From the NCBI GenBank assembly GCA_951406725.2, contig OX597839.1, positions 28,830,001 through 28,894,000 of the forward strand: a stretch of 64,000 bases of DNA, in the 5' to 3' direction. The stretch's first letter is position 1. Every line of letters begins with the position of its first letter. Shown here piece after piece: positions 49,625 to 62,831 of the stretch. The notes under the pieces were generated by a model, which had not been told where the DNA came from, did not search any database, and saw nothing but the letters and a program-made list of their open reading frames with translations. The DNA is from Octopus vulgaris. Taxonomy: Eukaryota. The translations under genes and the position numbers were made by a program.

Positions 49625-50901
49625 CAGGATGTGATGGGTAAATTGTCGCCATTTTATATTTTTAATTTTGCACATGGACATTGTTTGTTTTTGATTTTGT
49701 CAACTACATAGCGTAGTAGGGTCAGTTGGGCACTGTCTGTGAGAAAAGCAGCACCATGATGCAATGAACTCTGCCAGAAATTTGGAAACAACGTTCTGTA
49801 CTGCTTGGTATTCACGCTGGAAGCTCCAATACAAACATTTTAGAGTGTTTGAATGTCAAATCTGAGGACAGTGCGGAGGATTTGGAAGGAGTTGGATGAG
49901 CCTAAGGGTGATTACGAAGGTACGGTAGCTTGGAAAACTCACTCAGATCATTCTGATAAGAAAACTCATGAATTTGTTGACAACAATCCCTCCAAATCAA
50001 TCAGGTCCATTGCCTAACAAATGGGAATGTCTGAGTTTCTTTTCAGGCAGGATGTGTATGAAGACATTCAGTATTTCTCATACAAAATGAGAAAGGGCCA
50101 ATTTTTATCGCAGGCCATCAAGGACAGGAGGAATGACTGCACTATGAAGCTTTTAAACAAACTCAAGCGTCACCTCCAACCAAACATGGTATGGTTTTCC
50201 TCAGATGAGAAAAACTTCTTCCAGGATCAGATGGTGAAAACACCGAAAAACCATTGGCTTGCCCTGTCCCCAAAACATGGACCGAGAGTGATAAAAATCA
50301 AGCATTCAGTCAATGTCATGCTGTTTGGAGTGATCACTAGTGATGATTACCTTATGCCTCCATTCATCTTCTACATGCGTCACACTTAATGCAGAGGCCT
50401 TCATCAAGTGCCTGGAGGAGGTAGTGCTGCCCTAGGTCAAGAGGGTGGCTGCTGGAAGATCCTATGCCTGGCTGCAGGACTGCACCATGCTACACAAGCA
50501 GGAGAACCCAGTCATGGCTGTCAGACAATTTCTGCAACCACATCACCTCTAACATCTGGCTACCTAACTCCCTAGATTGCAGCCCCCTTCATTATTATGT
50601 GTGGGGCACAGTTGAGCGAGAGACCAACAAAACTCCTTGTAACACCAAAGATGAACTGAAGCCAAGGATTATGGCAGCATTCACCAACTTAAACAAGGAG
50701 ACCATCCAGAAGAGTTGCAGGAGATTCCGAAGTTGTCTGAAGACCGTAGTTGAAGCCAATGGCAATTTCATTGAATAAATTTACTCTTTAGTATTTCAAG
50801 ATATTTTTATGTAATTTTGGTAAATATCTCTGTTGAAATGAGACATTTGTATTATTTTTATTTTTACACAATTTAAATGACAGTTTATTCATCGCACCCT
50901 G
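49625..50901 (+). mobile_element. DD37D (maT) transposon, near full length, transposase disrupted
   Basis: TA|CAGGATGTGATG...CATCGCACCCTG|TA. ORFs 50021-50389 (WFSSDEKNF) and 50464-50778 (WLPNSLDCSPLHYYVWG) are broken by stops and frameshifts. Confidence 0.9.
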
Positions 50902-50926
50902 TATATTTGCACACATATATTTACAC

Positions 50927-50957
<31 letters not shown>

Positions 50958-51147
50958 TGCACACATACACCCACATGTACCCATTATACACAAATATGTT
51001 TGAATTTTAAATTCAGTTTCCCAATACACATGAGTGTGTGTGTGTGTGTGTGACTATGTGTGTGTATCTTGTGTGTATCATTACAAGATGCATTCACCTG
51101 TGTTAACTACCCAGAGTGTATGATATAAAAATCAACATATTCAAGAC

Positions 51148-51180
<33 letters not shown>

Positions 51181-53334
51181 CAGTGTAACCAAACACCTAT
51201 TACCGAGCAGATGCTACATATTATATCCTTAAGCTTAACATTGCTGGGAGATGCCCACCCACCCTAACCTCCACCCAGCCTCAAACATCACCATTTCTTG
51301 CCAGTTGATAGGATTCTCTTTACATTCTTTCTTTCTTTTTTTCCTTTCTTTCTCACTAATTTCCTTTACTATCATCATCATCATCATCATCATCACCATT
51401 AATATTGCTGTTGTTGTTTTCGTTTGTTTTCAGAGATGAAATGCAATACCAAAACCCAGTGGGATTTGAACTCAAAAATCCTCATCAGCAAACTAAACTC
51501 TACTGTTCATCATCATCACCATCATTATCATTGTCTTCATCATCGTCATTGTCATCATCATCATCACTATCATCATCTTCGTCATCATAATCTTCATCGT
51601 CATCATCATCATCAACAACAACATTCTTATTTTCTTCTTCTCCTTCTCAATTCCTGTACAATAGTTACAGAGAACTTCTTAAATTCCTCACTCTTTTGGT
51701 ATATCTTAAGAATTTCCTTTATTTCACCACAGTAATGGAATAATCTTCTGCAATAGTTTACCAGTACTGAATTCTGAATTCTTCAAGAATGAGTTGATGA
51801 TTATAAAACCATATTTTTTTTCTATTCTTTTTTGTTTTTTTTATTTTTGAGGCTTAGTCAGAAGAAAATGAGGTATGCGTGTCCCTTTCTAAGGGCCTCT
51901 GTGACTGATATCAGGTAAAAAGAAAAATTATCCTCAGCCAGAGACATTGGTGTAACTAGAGTATGTGTGTGCCTCTGTCTCCTGACCCCTATATAGGCTC
52001 ATATAGATGACCCAAAAGGGCAGCACCCAAATAAGTATCATTCAAAGTGGGTTACACACATCCTCGAAAGTTAAGGGGTAGCTTATCCTGTTCAGGCTAT
52101 ATTATTAGCATTATCCTGCGTTTGAGAATTTAAAATCACTTCTTTAACAGTCTAAGGCATCTCAACGCTTCTAAAGCAAACTTCGATTGTTTGTTTACAT
52201 TCATTGGAATTTGAATTTAATGTATGATAGTGTCTCATAGAGCGAGATTTCTATATATCTTAAATTTGCAGAAGAATTTGTGGTGTGGGGCGGTTTAGCT
52301 TAATGGCTCAGAGCACCGCGACACGTAATCACGGAGATGTGAGTTTGAGTCTCATAGCTGGCCGCCAACACTTTTTCCTGCAAAATAGGGGTAGCTCATT
52401 TTGTTCAGGCTATCATCATCATCATCATCATCGTTTACCGTCCGCTTTCCATGCAAGCATGGGTTGGACGATTTTGACTGAGGGCTGGCGAGCCAGATGG
52501 CTGTACCAGGCTCCAATTTTGATCTGGCAGAGTTTCTACAGAAATAGGTATTTCATCTGCTGCTATGTTCTGAGTTCAAATTCCGCCGAGGTCGACTTTA
52601 CCTTTCATCCTTTCGGGGTTGATTAAATAAGTACCAATTACGCAGTGGGGTCGATGTAATCGACTTAATCCCTTTGTCTGTCCTTGTTTGTCCTCTCTGT
52701 GTTTAGCCCCTTGTGGGTAGTAAAGAAATAGATTGTTTGTATGCATGTAGATAGTTTTGATGAAAAGTGTGTGTGTGTGTGTATAGACACACGCACACTA
52801 TGTCAGTCACAGACATGTTCTTACTCCAATGTTCTGTACATCATACAACAGTCATCTGCCAACAGGAAATATTTCACAAAAGAGAGGAGGACATTTTCTG
52901 GTGGCCTCTGCAGTTTGTTGAGTGAACTGAGGTACAGCCAGAGGAATATGTGTGTGTGGGGTGGGTGGGTGGGGAGCAGAAAGGTTAGAATTGTAATGGT
53001 GCTGCAGTGAGAGAATAAAGGTCAAGGATGATAATCTAGAGGGCGAGAGGAGGAAGGAGATAGATAGATAGAGAAAGGGTGAGAAAGGAGTTGAAGGGGA
53101 TGGTGAATTAAAAGTGGGAGGAGCATAGTTGATGATATGTGTCTGTGACTATCAGGATAAAGTCCTTTCTTCTTTCTATTTTTTTTTTCCTGTCTGGTTG
53201 ATTGTGTATATATCTGGGCATGTGTGTATGTGTAAAAAGTAGAGCTTGGCAAAATCCTCTGGTGTGTCAGCTCCTGTCAAACTGTCCAACTCATGCTAGC
53301 CTGGAAGATGGACATTAAATGAAGATAACACAGT

Positions 53335-54600
53335 AGGGGCAGCAGCGGGAAGATGGTCACGAATGGGCTGATGAACAAGCTCAGTTTCCTTGATGCTGAT
53401 GGTCAGACCAAAACCCTTTGATGCACACGCGAAGTTCTTTAGAATCCATTGCATGACCTCAAGAGTGTGTGCTACAAGTGCACAATCATATACGAAGAGC
53501 AAATCTTAAACTGTTTGCACCAAAGTCTTAGTTTTTGCTTTGAAGTTCTGTTGGTTGAACAAGCCACCACCAGTTCTGAACTCAAACTTTACTCCTTTAA
53601 CACCCTCAGATGCTGTTTCCAAAACAAATAAGAGTGGTGCAAGAATACAGCCTTGTTTTGTGCCATTTGAATGAATTGGACACTTCACTGCCAGATCTGA
53701 CAGAAGCCATCATCCCTTTATGTAAAGAAATTATGACATTGAGCATCTTTTCTGGAACACCTAGCTTTCTAAGAACAACCCAAAGAGCATCCCTAGATAC
53801 TCTGTCGAAAGCTTTAGATCTACGAAGGGGACAAAAAGGTCTTGGTTGTGCTCATGAGCCTTATCCTACAGCTGCCTTAAGCTAAAAATCATATCCACTG
53901 TGCCTCTACCAGCCTTAAATTCACATTGAGATTCAGGCAACACTAAGCTGGCAAGGGGATCATTTAGTCTGTTTAAGGTAACCCTTCCAAAGATCTTCCC
54001 AGCAACACCCAAAAGGGAGGTATCTCTATGGTTGTCACATTCACATCTGTTACCTTTGTGCTTGCAAAGATGGACAATAGAAGCATCCTGATTCCCAGGT
54101 TAAGGAGAAGAGTTCACATAACTTGTTCAGCAGGAGACTTCTACCATATGAGGTCAACAGCGTGCATTCTCTCCTGATGGCCCATGCTGGCTTCTGGTAT
54201 GCGGAGATTTTGACTGGTAGAACTTGCATGTGCAAGTTGTTTGCAAGACATATATCTTGGCTGGTATGCCATCGTTCTCAGATGACCTCCCATTCATGGA
54301 CTGTTTTTTTTTTATGGCCTTTTTTATTTCAGCATTTGATGGAGCGACTGACCGACAGTTCATCAAGGACAGGCCTTTGTGATAGGTCGATGATCAGTTC
54401 TTCAGCAACAATTGAGTCCATATTCAGCAACATTTGAAAAGTGCTTTGCCCAACGCTTTGTGATTTCCTTTTTGTCTATCAGAAGATTATCTTCAGTTGA
54501 AAGTATGGGAGTTGAGCCACCAGACACAGGTGCAAAAACACCTTTTAAATTCTGGTAGAATGACCTGGAGTCACATCAGTCCACATCTTGCAATACTTGT
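53335..54600 (-). mobile_element. Old RTE LINE RT fragment
   Basis: Decayed motifs LPESQCEFKAGRGTVDMIFSLRQL, KQGCILAPLLF, LFVYDCAL (YADD position) and FGLTISIKET. Confidence 0.85.
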
Positions 54601-55640
54601 GCCTTCCTTTGCCACCATATACATAAATATATATATATATATATATATATACACTCACACCATGTAGATATATACACATATATATATACACATACATATA
54701 CACAGATACATGCATACATTCATATACATACATACATACATACATATGTGTGTGTGTACATGCATCCATCCATATATATCAAATTTCTCTGCTTCCCTGT
54801 GATATTCTAGAATGTATTTAGATTTAAACACTCACACACACATATGCACACTCACACACACATACGCATATGTATGTATGAATATTACATTTGCGTGTTT
54901 GTGTATATGTTTATGAACTCCCACCCATCCCACCTACCCACACTACTACTTCTCACCCAGCACATACCTGCCCACCCACCCAAACAACAGACTCATCTCT
55001 CCTAACCCCCTAGCCCCAGACACCACAGACACACTTCACACCCTGCTCCCTGTTCATTCACCTAGGGGGCAACCCCTTAAATATCTTCCAGATAAATAGC
55101 AAAACCTGGTTGATATGTGTGTGTATGTATGTATGTATGTATGTATGTATGTATGTGTGTGTGTATGTATGTGTGTGTATGTATGTTTGTATGTATATAT
55201 GTGTGTATGTATGTTTGTATATGTGTGTGAGTATATATGTGTATGTATGTGTGTGTGTATGTGTATGCATGAATGTATGTGTGTGTATGTATATGTATAT
55301 TTATGCATGTATGTGTGTGTCTGTATGTATGTATATGTGTGTATGTATGTATATGTATGTATGCACATGTGTGTGTTTATGTACGCACATAATTATTTAT
55401 ATTCTATTATTCTTTCATTTGTTTCAGTCATTTGACTGTGGCCACGCTGGAGCACTGCCTTGAAGGGGTTTAGTCAAACAAATCGACACCCAGGACATTT
55501 TTTATAGCCTCATTTATCAGTCTCTTTTGCTGAACAGCTAGGTTATGGGGATATACACACACCAGCAGTGGTTGTTAAGTGGTAATGGGGGTCAAACAAA
55601 GACACAAAGACTCACACACCCATAGATATATCCATATATA

Positions 55641-56357
55641 TCGGGTTGTCTGGAAAGTTTGTGCTGATTTATAGTAGCTTAGCTTTCGACTTATTTTAGA
55701 ACATGGTTGAGTCCATAAAATTGGATTTGACTACACCTCCATTTAGAGCACAGATTTATGTTCCCTCCGTCCGGGTTGCGGATCCGTGGAATAAGCTGCC
55801 GGATGAGATAGGGAAGATGCCGACGACCGCTCGGTTCAAAGTCTCCCTTGACCACAAGTGGCCTGAACTCTTTACATGAACACCACCCTGTACATAATTC
55901 CATGTCCCCCTACATGGCCTTGCTTTTTGCTGTTTGAGCCAAAAAATTAACTAACTAACTAACCTGCGTTAATTCTGTGACCCTTTAAATTGGAAGATAA
56001 GAAAGTTCATTTTCGGCACTTGATGCTTTGGGGAACCAGACAAAAATTGCTGCAGCTCGTCTGGAATGTGTTCACCAGATATTGCTCCTTCGGATTTCTA
56101 CTTATTCAGGTCTCTGCAGAATAGTCTTAATGGTAAAAATTTCAATTCCTTGGATGATGTAAAAAGATACCTTGATGAATTCTTTGCCATGAAACCACTT
56201 CAATTCTGGGAAGAGGGTATTTTCAAGGTAAAGGAAAGATGAAAACGCATTGTGCAACAAAATGGTTCATATTTGGTTGATTAAAAATGTAATGGCAAGT
56301 ATTTATTGACCTTTTCCTTGCCTTTAAAAATCTGCACGAACTTTCTGGACAACCCAA
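55641..56357 (+). mobile_element. Internally deleted mariner element
   Basis: TA-flanked TIRs (GGGTTGTCYRGAAAGTTYGTGC). C-terminus reads SPDIAPSDFYLFRSLQNSLNGK...NGSYLVD*. Confidence 0.9.
55761..55963 (+). mobile_element. CR1-group LINE 3' end nested in the mariner
   Basis: Reads SVRVADPWNKLPDEIGKMPTTARFKVSLDHKW, followed by a (TAAC)n tail. Confidence 0.75.
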
Positions 56358-56969
56358 TATATTTCGTTTTTGGATTTGGTTTGCAAGATTCTTTATGTGA
56401 GTTTGTGTGTTGAAGCATATTCTGTTGTGTCTGGGGAGAGTCGTTCTCTTTTGGTGCCTTGTGGTTTAACACTCACCGGTGGAGTTTCCCCTTATTTCTT
56501 TTTTTATTTTTCTAAAGTTTTTGTTAGCACGCCAGGCGAAATGCTTAACTGTATTTCATCTGTCTTTACGTTCTGAGTTGAAATTCCGCTGAGGTTGACT
56601 TTGCTTTTCATCTTTTCAGGGTCGATAAATTAAGTACCAGTTACATACTGAAGTCAATCTTATCGACTGACCTCCTTTCCAAGAATTTCGGGCTTTGTGT
56701 CTAGAGTGGAAAAGAAAGGATTTTGCTATCCCTGAATAAGGTTAGTAACCTTTAATCATGCTTCTGTTATATATATATATATAAATATTTTCTTTTTTTT
56801 CCTGTAGTTACAGCTCAGAGCTGTGGCCATGCTGATGCACCGCTGTTTTATATATGTATATATATTAATGTTTTTATATCAAGTTATATAATAAAAAGAA
56901 TTTAATGTTTAATTGAAGAATTACAAAATACTTTTGAGTAGAGTAGAGTGGTTCTTATGGTTTTAGAAG

Positions 56970-57712
56970 AAGCAGAGTGAAGGAAAGAAAATAATGTGAG
57001 GAAAAGAAAGAGAAATATGTTTAAGGAAAAGAAATGAAGCAAATTGAAAGAAGGAAAGAAATGTGGAGAAGGAAGGAAGGAAAGATGTAAGAAAGAATGA
57101 GCGTAAAAATAGGACAGGAATAAGGAGTGAAAAGGAATGGGTAGAGGGAAGAGAATACAGAGGGAAGGGGAGGAGGAGAGAGGGAGGGAGTGATGGGAAA
57201 GAGAGGGGGAGAGAGAGAAAGATGGCAGGAGAAAGAGTAGATGAGAAAGAAAGAGAGAGACATTTCTTGTGGGAGAAGGGGAAGGAGAATGAAGAGATGA
57301 GAGAGACAGAGAGAGAAGATCAAAGGGGAAAGAAAGAAAGAAAGAAAGTAGATGAGAAAGAGAGAGAGAGAGAGAATCCTCAGAAAGTGTAGGTGTGTGA
57401 AAGAAGGATAGAGAGAGAGATTACAGGAGAAGGAGACAAAGTGGAAGAGAAGAGGAAGACAGAGTGAGGGAGAAAGAAAGAGAAAGAGAGAGAGAGTGAG
57501 GGAAGAAAGACAGAGAGAGAAGGGAAGAAAGGAAGGCCTAAGAAAGAGCAAATGAGAGAGAGAGAGAGAGAGAAGCAGGAGAATGAAAAGATGAGAGAAG
57601 AGAAGGAAAAAGAAAAAGAAAAGATGACAGCAAATGAAACAATGAGTGAGAGAGAGAGAGAGAGTAAGAAAGAGAGAGGTGTGGGTAGGAGGGGTGGGGG
57701 AGGAGGGCTAGA
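56970..57712. repeat. Polypurine (GA-rich) low-complexity tract
   Basis: Seen directly. Confidence 0.9.
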
Positions 57713-59265
57713 GAGCGGAACACGAGTGCCACACTTAAGGACGAGTGCCACACTTAAGGACATGTTGGAGTAAGAAAACAGGAAATTGTTAATACAGAAC
57801 ATTCTAGAGTTTGTAGAAGATGGATGTCCTTGGCAATAAAGTCAGTGAAGTTGAGTAGACGTGTAAGGGCAGCGATTAAAGGGATCAAAGGAACGGGTTT
57901 CCTTTCTTTTTGTTGGTGTTTTTCGCTTTGGAGTTTCGTTTCAAAGATTCCACCATGTTTAGCCTCCAAACATGGCAGGAATAGATTTAAAGAAAGATTT
58001 GTTCCAATAAATAAATAAATAACTTATATAATGGTGAAAATTATCTTTATGAAATAGAAAGAGTTTTTATATTATTCATATATGTCTGATGGCATTAAAT
58101 GGAGGGAAATAAAAAGCTTTGTACATTGAGCAGCTAACAACAGACTGGAATTTTTAGTTCAAAGAACATAGCAGAATTGTTAGAATCTTTGCAAAAAAAT
58201 TGCTTTGCAGCGTGTCTTGTAGGTTCAACTGCTGCCAAAGTCAGTTTTGTCTTTCATTCCTCTGTGGTCGATAAAATAAAGGACCAGTCTTTAAGTGCTG
58301 AAGTCAATGCTATCGTTGAAGCTTTTCACCTTAAAATTGCTTGCTTGGTGCCTACATGAGACGTCGGTAGAATCATTAGAGCATTGGCAAAGAAGAAATG
58401 CTTAGTGGTGTTTCTTCCAATCCTTTATATTCTGAGTTCAAGTCCTGCCAAGGTTGAGTTTCGCTTTTGTTCTTTCCGGGTCGATTAAACATAAAAACAC
58501 CAGTCATCAACAGAGTGAGGGAGAAAGACAGGGAAAGAGAGAGAGAGAGAGAGAAAAGTGAGGGAAGAAAGAAAGGCCTAAGAAAGAGCAAATGAGAGAG
58601 AAAGAGAGGGAGACAGATGTGAGAGAGAAGACGCAGGAGAATGAAAAGATGGCATTAATTGGCGTATTAAGTTTCAGGCATTTTGATTGGGTTTTGCATA
58701 GAAAATTCACAAAAAAGTCACCTCTATTGATTTTTTAATGGCTTTGCAGGGTGACTGGGGAAATGTAAAGATGTGCACGACCACCCTTGGATGGTTTTGA
58801 ATGACCATAGAAAGTGTGAGCCCTCTAACTGAAAAATTGTGGATTTGTATAAAGGACATGCACACACACACAGACAGACATTTTGCCGTTTATATATAGA
58901 GAGATGCCAATGTCATCTGGTTATCTGAAATAACAAAGAAAGAGCATACACTAAAGAAGAGAGGCTAAAATATACTGTGAGTCAACAATGGCAATTTTAC
59001 AATCTACTATAATAATACTCTTGTGTATTTCTCTGTCACAACATATGAATTAGAAAGGAAGGGGAGATGGCAAACTTGGTAGTGGGATGATGGAAGTTCT
59101 ACACTGAAAAAAAAAAATCTGATACTTATTTCATTGACCCCAAAAGCATGAAAGGCAAAGTTGATCTTGGCAGAATTTGAACTCAAAACATAAAGGCAGA
59201 TGAAATGCCGCTAAGCATTTTTGCCTGGCATGTTAATAATTTTACCAGCTCACCATCTTAATAAT

Positions 59266-59557
59266 AACAAGAGCACTCAGAGAGTGCAAACCTCTACCAA
59301 AGCAACACCAATGTCCTCTCAATGATTAGCCAGAGATGATTTTTAAAATGAGAATATCTCATAATACTTCATGTAAAGTAAGTATAACAAATAATCCAGA
59401 ATCCTCGTCCGGTACTGGATCGATCCCAAAAGCTAAGCAGTTTGTGCCAGTCATAAGGCTAAACATCCTTGAAAGTTTCATCCAAATCCATCCGGCGGAT
59501 CTTGAGATATCTTGTCCACGGATTAACAAACAAACAAACAAGCACAACTGCAAACAA
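59266..59557. mobile_element. HINE/DINE-1-like element, truncated by a SINE
   Basis: AACAAGAGCACTCAGAGAGTGCAAACCTC end with GCACTC/GAGTGC hairpin. Body homologous to 24225-24390. Confidence 0.6.
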
Positions 59558-59744
59558 TCTACCAAATCCACTCTCAAGGCTTTGCTTGGTCCAAGGTGTC
59601 ATGCAGTGGGACTGAACCTGGAGCCATGTGGTTAGGAAGTAAGCCTTTTACCACACAGCCATGTCTGCACCTGTATATGTAGATAGATTCCTCTCTCTGT
59701 CTTTCTAACTACAGGGTCAAATGAATTTTATTTTGCAGTGTTGG

Positions 59745-60290
59745 TGGCACCTGTGACGTTGACTCATAAAAGGCACTTGAGATAGCGACACATAAAAGGC
59801 ACCCTTGATGGTGGCATGTGAAAGGCACCTGTGACAGTGACAAGTAAAAGGCGCTCGTGACAGTGACACATAAAAGGCACCCTTGATGGTGACACATAAG
59901 AAGCATCCTTGATAGTGACACATAAAAGGCACCTGTGACGGTGACACATAAGGGGCACCCTTGATGGTGACATGTAAAAGGCACCTGTGACAGTGATACA
60001 TAAAAGGCACCTGTGATGGTGACATGTAAAAGGCACCTGTGACAGTGACAAGTAAAAGGCGCTCGTGACAGTGACACATAAGGCACCCTCGATGGTGACA
60101 CATAAGAAGCATCCTTGATAGTGAAACATGAAAGGCACCTGTGACGGTGACACATAAGGGGCACCCTTGATGGTGACATGTAAAAGGCACCTGTGACAGT
60201 GATACATAAAAGGCACCTGTGATGGTGACATGTAAAAGGCACACATACCCATGACACATAAAAGGCACTGATGATGGTGGCACATTTAAA
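59745..60290. repeat. 26-bp minisatellite with 208-bp (8-mer) higher-order repeat
   Basis: Monomer CATAAAAGGCACCTGTGACGGTGACA. The variant CAAGTAAAAGGCGCTCG occurs at 59841 and 60049. Confidence 0.9.
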
Positions 60291-61149
60291 AGCACCCACT
60301 ACACTGTTGGAGAGGTTGGCATTAGGAAGGGCATCCAGCTGTAGAAACCAAACCAAAATCAGACTGGAACTTGGTGTAGCTCTCCGGCTTAGCAGTTCCA
60401 AGTCAAACCATCCAACCCATGCCAGCATGGAAAACGGATGCTAAATAATGATGATGATGATGATGATGAATGAAAATATTGAAATCCATAATCAGAGGAC
60501 AAAAGCTCGTATGATGTACTGTATGTCATGCATTTTTTTATATCCATTTTTTTTATCAGAAACCTGTATCAGCTTTATTTGTAGATCAGCCGCCCAAATT
60601 CCAGTCCATTTAGATAATGTTCAAGGTAAAAACTATTTAATTTTGAAGTTAGATAAGATATGGCGTAAACTAAATGAGTAAACAAATAAATATGTTGAGC
60701 TGAAACCAGTGAAACGATATCAGCCAGAAGTGATCGTCCAGTTGAGATAAAATAATTTTAATGATGCAAAAAAAATAATACAAAAGATGAGATAAGATAA
60801 AATAATAGGCAGAGGTCAGAGGGTAAAGTATCAAAACTGACTCATTGAAACAGCTTTGTGTGTGTGTGTGTGTGCATATGTGTGGCTGTGTGTGTGTGTG
60901 TGTGTATATGGTTGTATTGTGTGTGTGCATGTGTATGTGTGTGTGTGGTTGTGTTGTGTGTCTTTGTGGTTGTGTTGTATGAGTGTGGACTCATGGTTAG
61001 GGTGTTGAACCCATGATTGTGAAATTGTGTTCTTGAGCAAGACACTTCACATTTCACCTAGCTCCAATCCACTCAGCTGGTAGAAGTGAGTGGTCACATG
61101 TCTAGTCCAAGGCAGGGGATATTTAAGCCACAGAATCTAGGAGTGGCAG

Positions 61150-61338
61150 ATTACGGGGCAGGGATAGATGCTCTCATTCGAAGGTGGAACATTGCTATTG
61201 AGAGAAACAGTGACTATGTTGAGAAGTAGGGATGTGATCCACAGAGGACCAGCTTCATTTTGATGTATGATACATGTTCCTCTGTTGGTAATTATACCTG
61301 TCCTAAACAAAATGGCATTACTTTCTGACTCCCTCTCG
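61150..61338 (+). mobile_element. Mariner 3' fragment (irritans-like)
   Basis: Reads GIDALIRRWNIAIERNSDYVEK*, then TIR-like TTACTTTCTGACTCCCTCTCG|TA. Confidence 0.75.
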
Positions 61339-61549
61339 TACTTTTTGGGAATGAAGATGGTCCCAAGATTGAAAATCTGCCCTTCATTTGGTTCTATACA
61401 TATATCAGGGCCTATGGCTTGGAAGGACCTTTGATACTTTTTTTTAGATCTGTGTGTGAGTGTGTGTGTGTGTGAATCAGTCAATCATTCATGGACAAAC
61501 CTGCAGCCTACAGGACTCTCTGAATGGCCCACTTAATGTAAAAGTTACC

Positions 61550-61822
61550 GTCAATGACTACCATTTTTTTAAGCATTTAAACACGTTTTTAAGTGAAAAA
61601 ACTTTCAGGTCCAAACCAGAGGTGGAATCAGCTTTCAAAGATCTCTTAGCATCAAAGCCAATAAGTTTTTATTAACGAGGCATAAATAATCTCATTGATC
61701 GATGGCAGAGATGCATAGATGTCCACGGCTCATACTTTGACTAATCAAAACATTTCTATTGTTAATTTTTCCAGAATAAAATTATGATTCTGAAATTGGC
61801 CATTATTTTCGGAACAACCTAC
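61550..61822 (+). mobile_element. Mariner 3' fragment (cecropia-like)
   Basis: Reads DYHFFKHLNTFL...GINNLIDRWQRCIDVHGSYFD*, then TIR-like GGAACAACCTA. Confidence 0.82.
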
Positions 61823-61834
61823 TAGTAGTGCAGC

Positions 61835-62130
61835 CTTCTTCTTCTTCTTAGACAGCATTCACCCGGGGTGGGTTGAGCTGGCTTCATTCATCCTCAACGC
61901 TGCGTCTCTCACAAACGCAGACCAGGCCTGGCGATTTGAGGCTAACGACTGTGTGATCTCCAACCACTCCTTATTCCAGTGGCAAACGCCGTAGATATGG
62001 GGGGCTAGGTTGGGTTCCAGATCAGCCTTGACTGTCATCAGTCAGGTTTTTCGTTGTCCACCACATCACTTTTGCCAATCCTGAAGGGGAGCTGGGGCAA
62101 TTGCTTCGTAGATGAATTCTCCTGGTTGAT
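61835..62130 (-). mobile_element. RTE-like LINE 3' end
   Basis: Minus strand reads GGQRKT*LMTVKADLEP...YGVCHWNKEW...LASNRQAWSAFVRDA, with a (GAA)n tail. Confidence 0.7.
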
Positions 62131-62379
62131 GATGACTCATATCTCATGTGACCCACTTCTCAGGAAATGTTGTCCATGCCTGTCCTGTATGCTTTGATGC
62201 GATCACACTGTACCTTCACTCGTGCTTTTGGGAAATCCAGTTGTCACATGTGAACCAGTGGGAAACGTTTTGAGCAAACTGATGGGGCTTTAAACCCCTT
62301 CTATTCTCATAACTTGCAGCATTACCACAAGCTATAGCAAAGGTGAGGCACTGGGGCAGTCAGTAAAGTAAAAGGGAGT

Positions 62380-62608
62380 CACGTCGACTCCCAAGGGCTG
62401 CTTTCCTGGTTTCATGACATATAATCCCCACCTGGATGGGACACCAGTCCATCGCAGGATTCCTCAGATTTGCCAGCTGAGTGGAAGAGAGCAATATGAA
62501 ATGAAGTAACTTGCTCAAGAACACAATGCATCACCCAGTCCAGGAATCGAAACCACAATCTTACAATCACAAATGCAATGCCCCAACCACTAAGCCATGC
62601 ACCTCCAC
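62380..62608 (-). mobile_element. tRNA-headed SINE family E
   Basis: A box TGGCTTAGTGG and B box GGTTTCGATTCC. The internal CTGCGATGGACTGGTGTCCCATCCAGG resembles Meta/V-type SINE central domains (from recall). Related heads at 18908 and 60985. Confidence 0.7.
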
Positions 62609-62831
62609 ACTGGAACAGTCAGCCACTCACACAGATATTACTGGATATTTATGTGAAATGGAATACTAATAACGTAAAGTATACTAGCCATCTCAATATG
62701 GCTAACCACAAAGGGTGGGTGTTACTGTAGCTTTTAGCCCCAAGAGATCGTCGTCTCCAGCTGGCTTTAGGCACACTATCCGTGCCCTTATGGTATTTGC
62801 AAAGGGAGGCCATCCCTTTCTCGTAAGCCTA

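Noticed and set aside
57063-57773. Glu/Arg/Lys-rich ORFs
   Set aside because: Translations of a GA-rich low-complexity tract.
59709-60428. Cys/His-rich 239-aa ORF resembling a zinc-finger protein
   Set aside because: Product of the 26-bp tandem repeat; all three minus frames are open.
61137-61484. 115-aa minus-strand ORF
   Set aside because: Antisense to a mariner C-terminal remnant on the plus strand.
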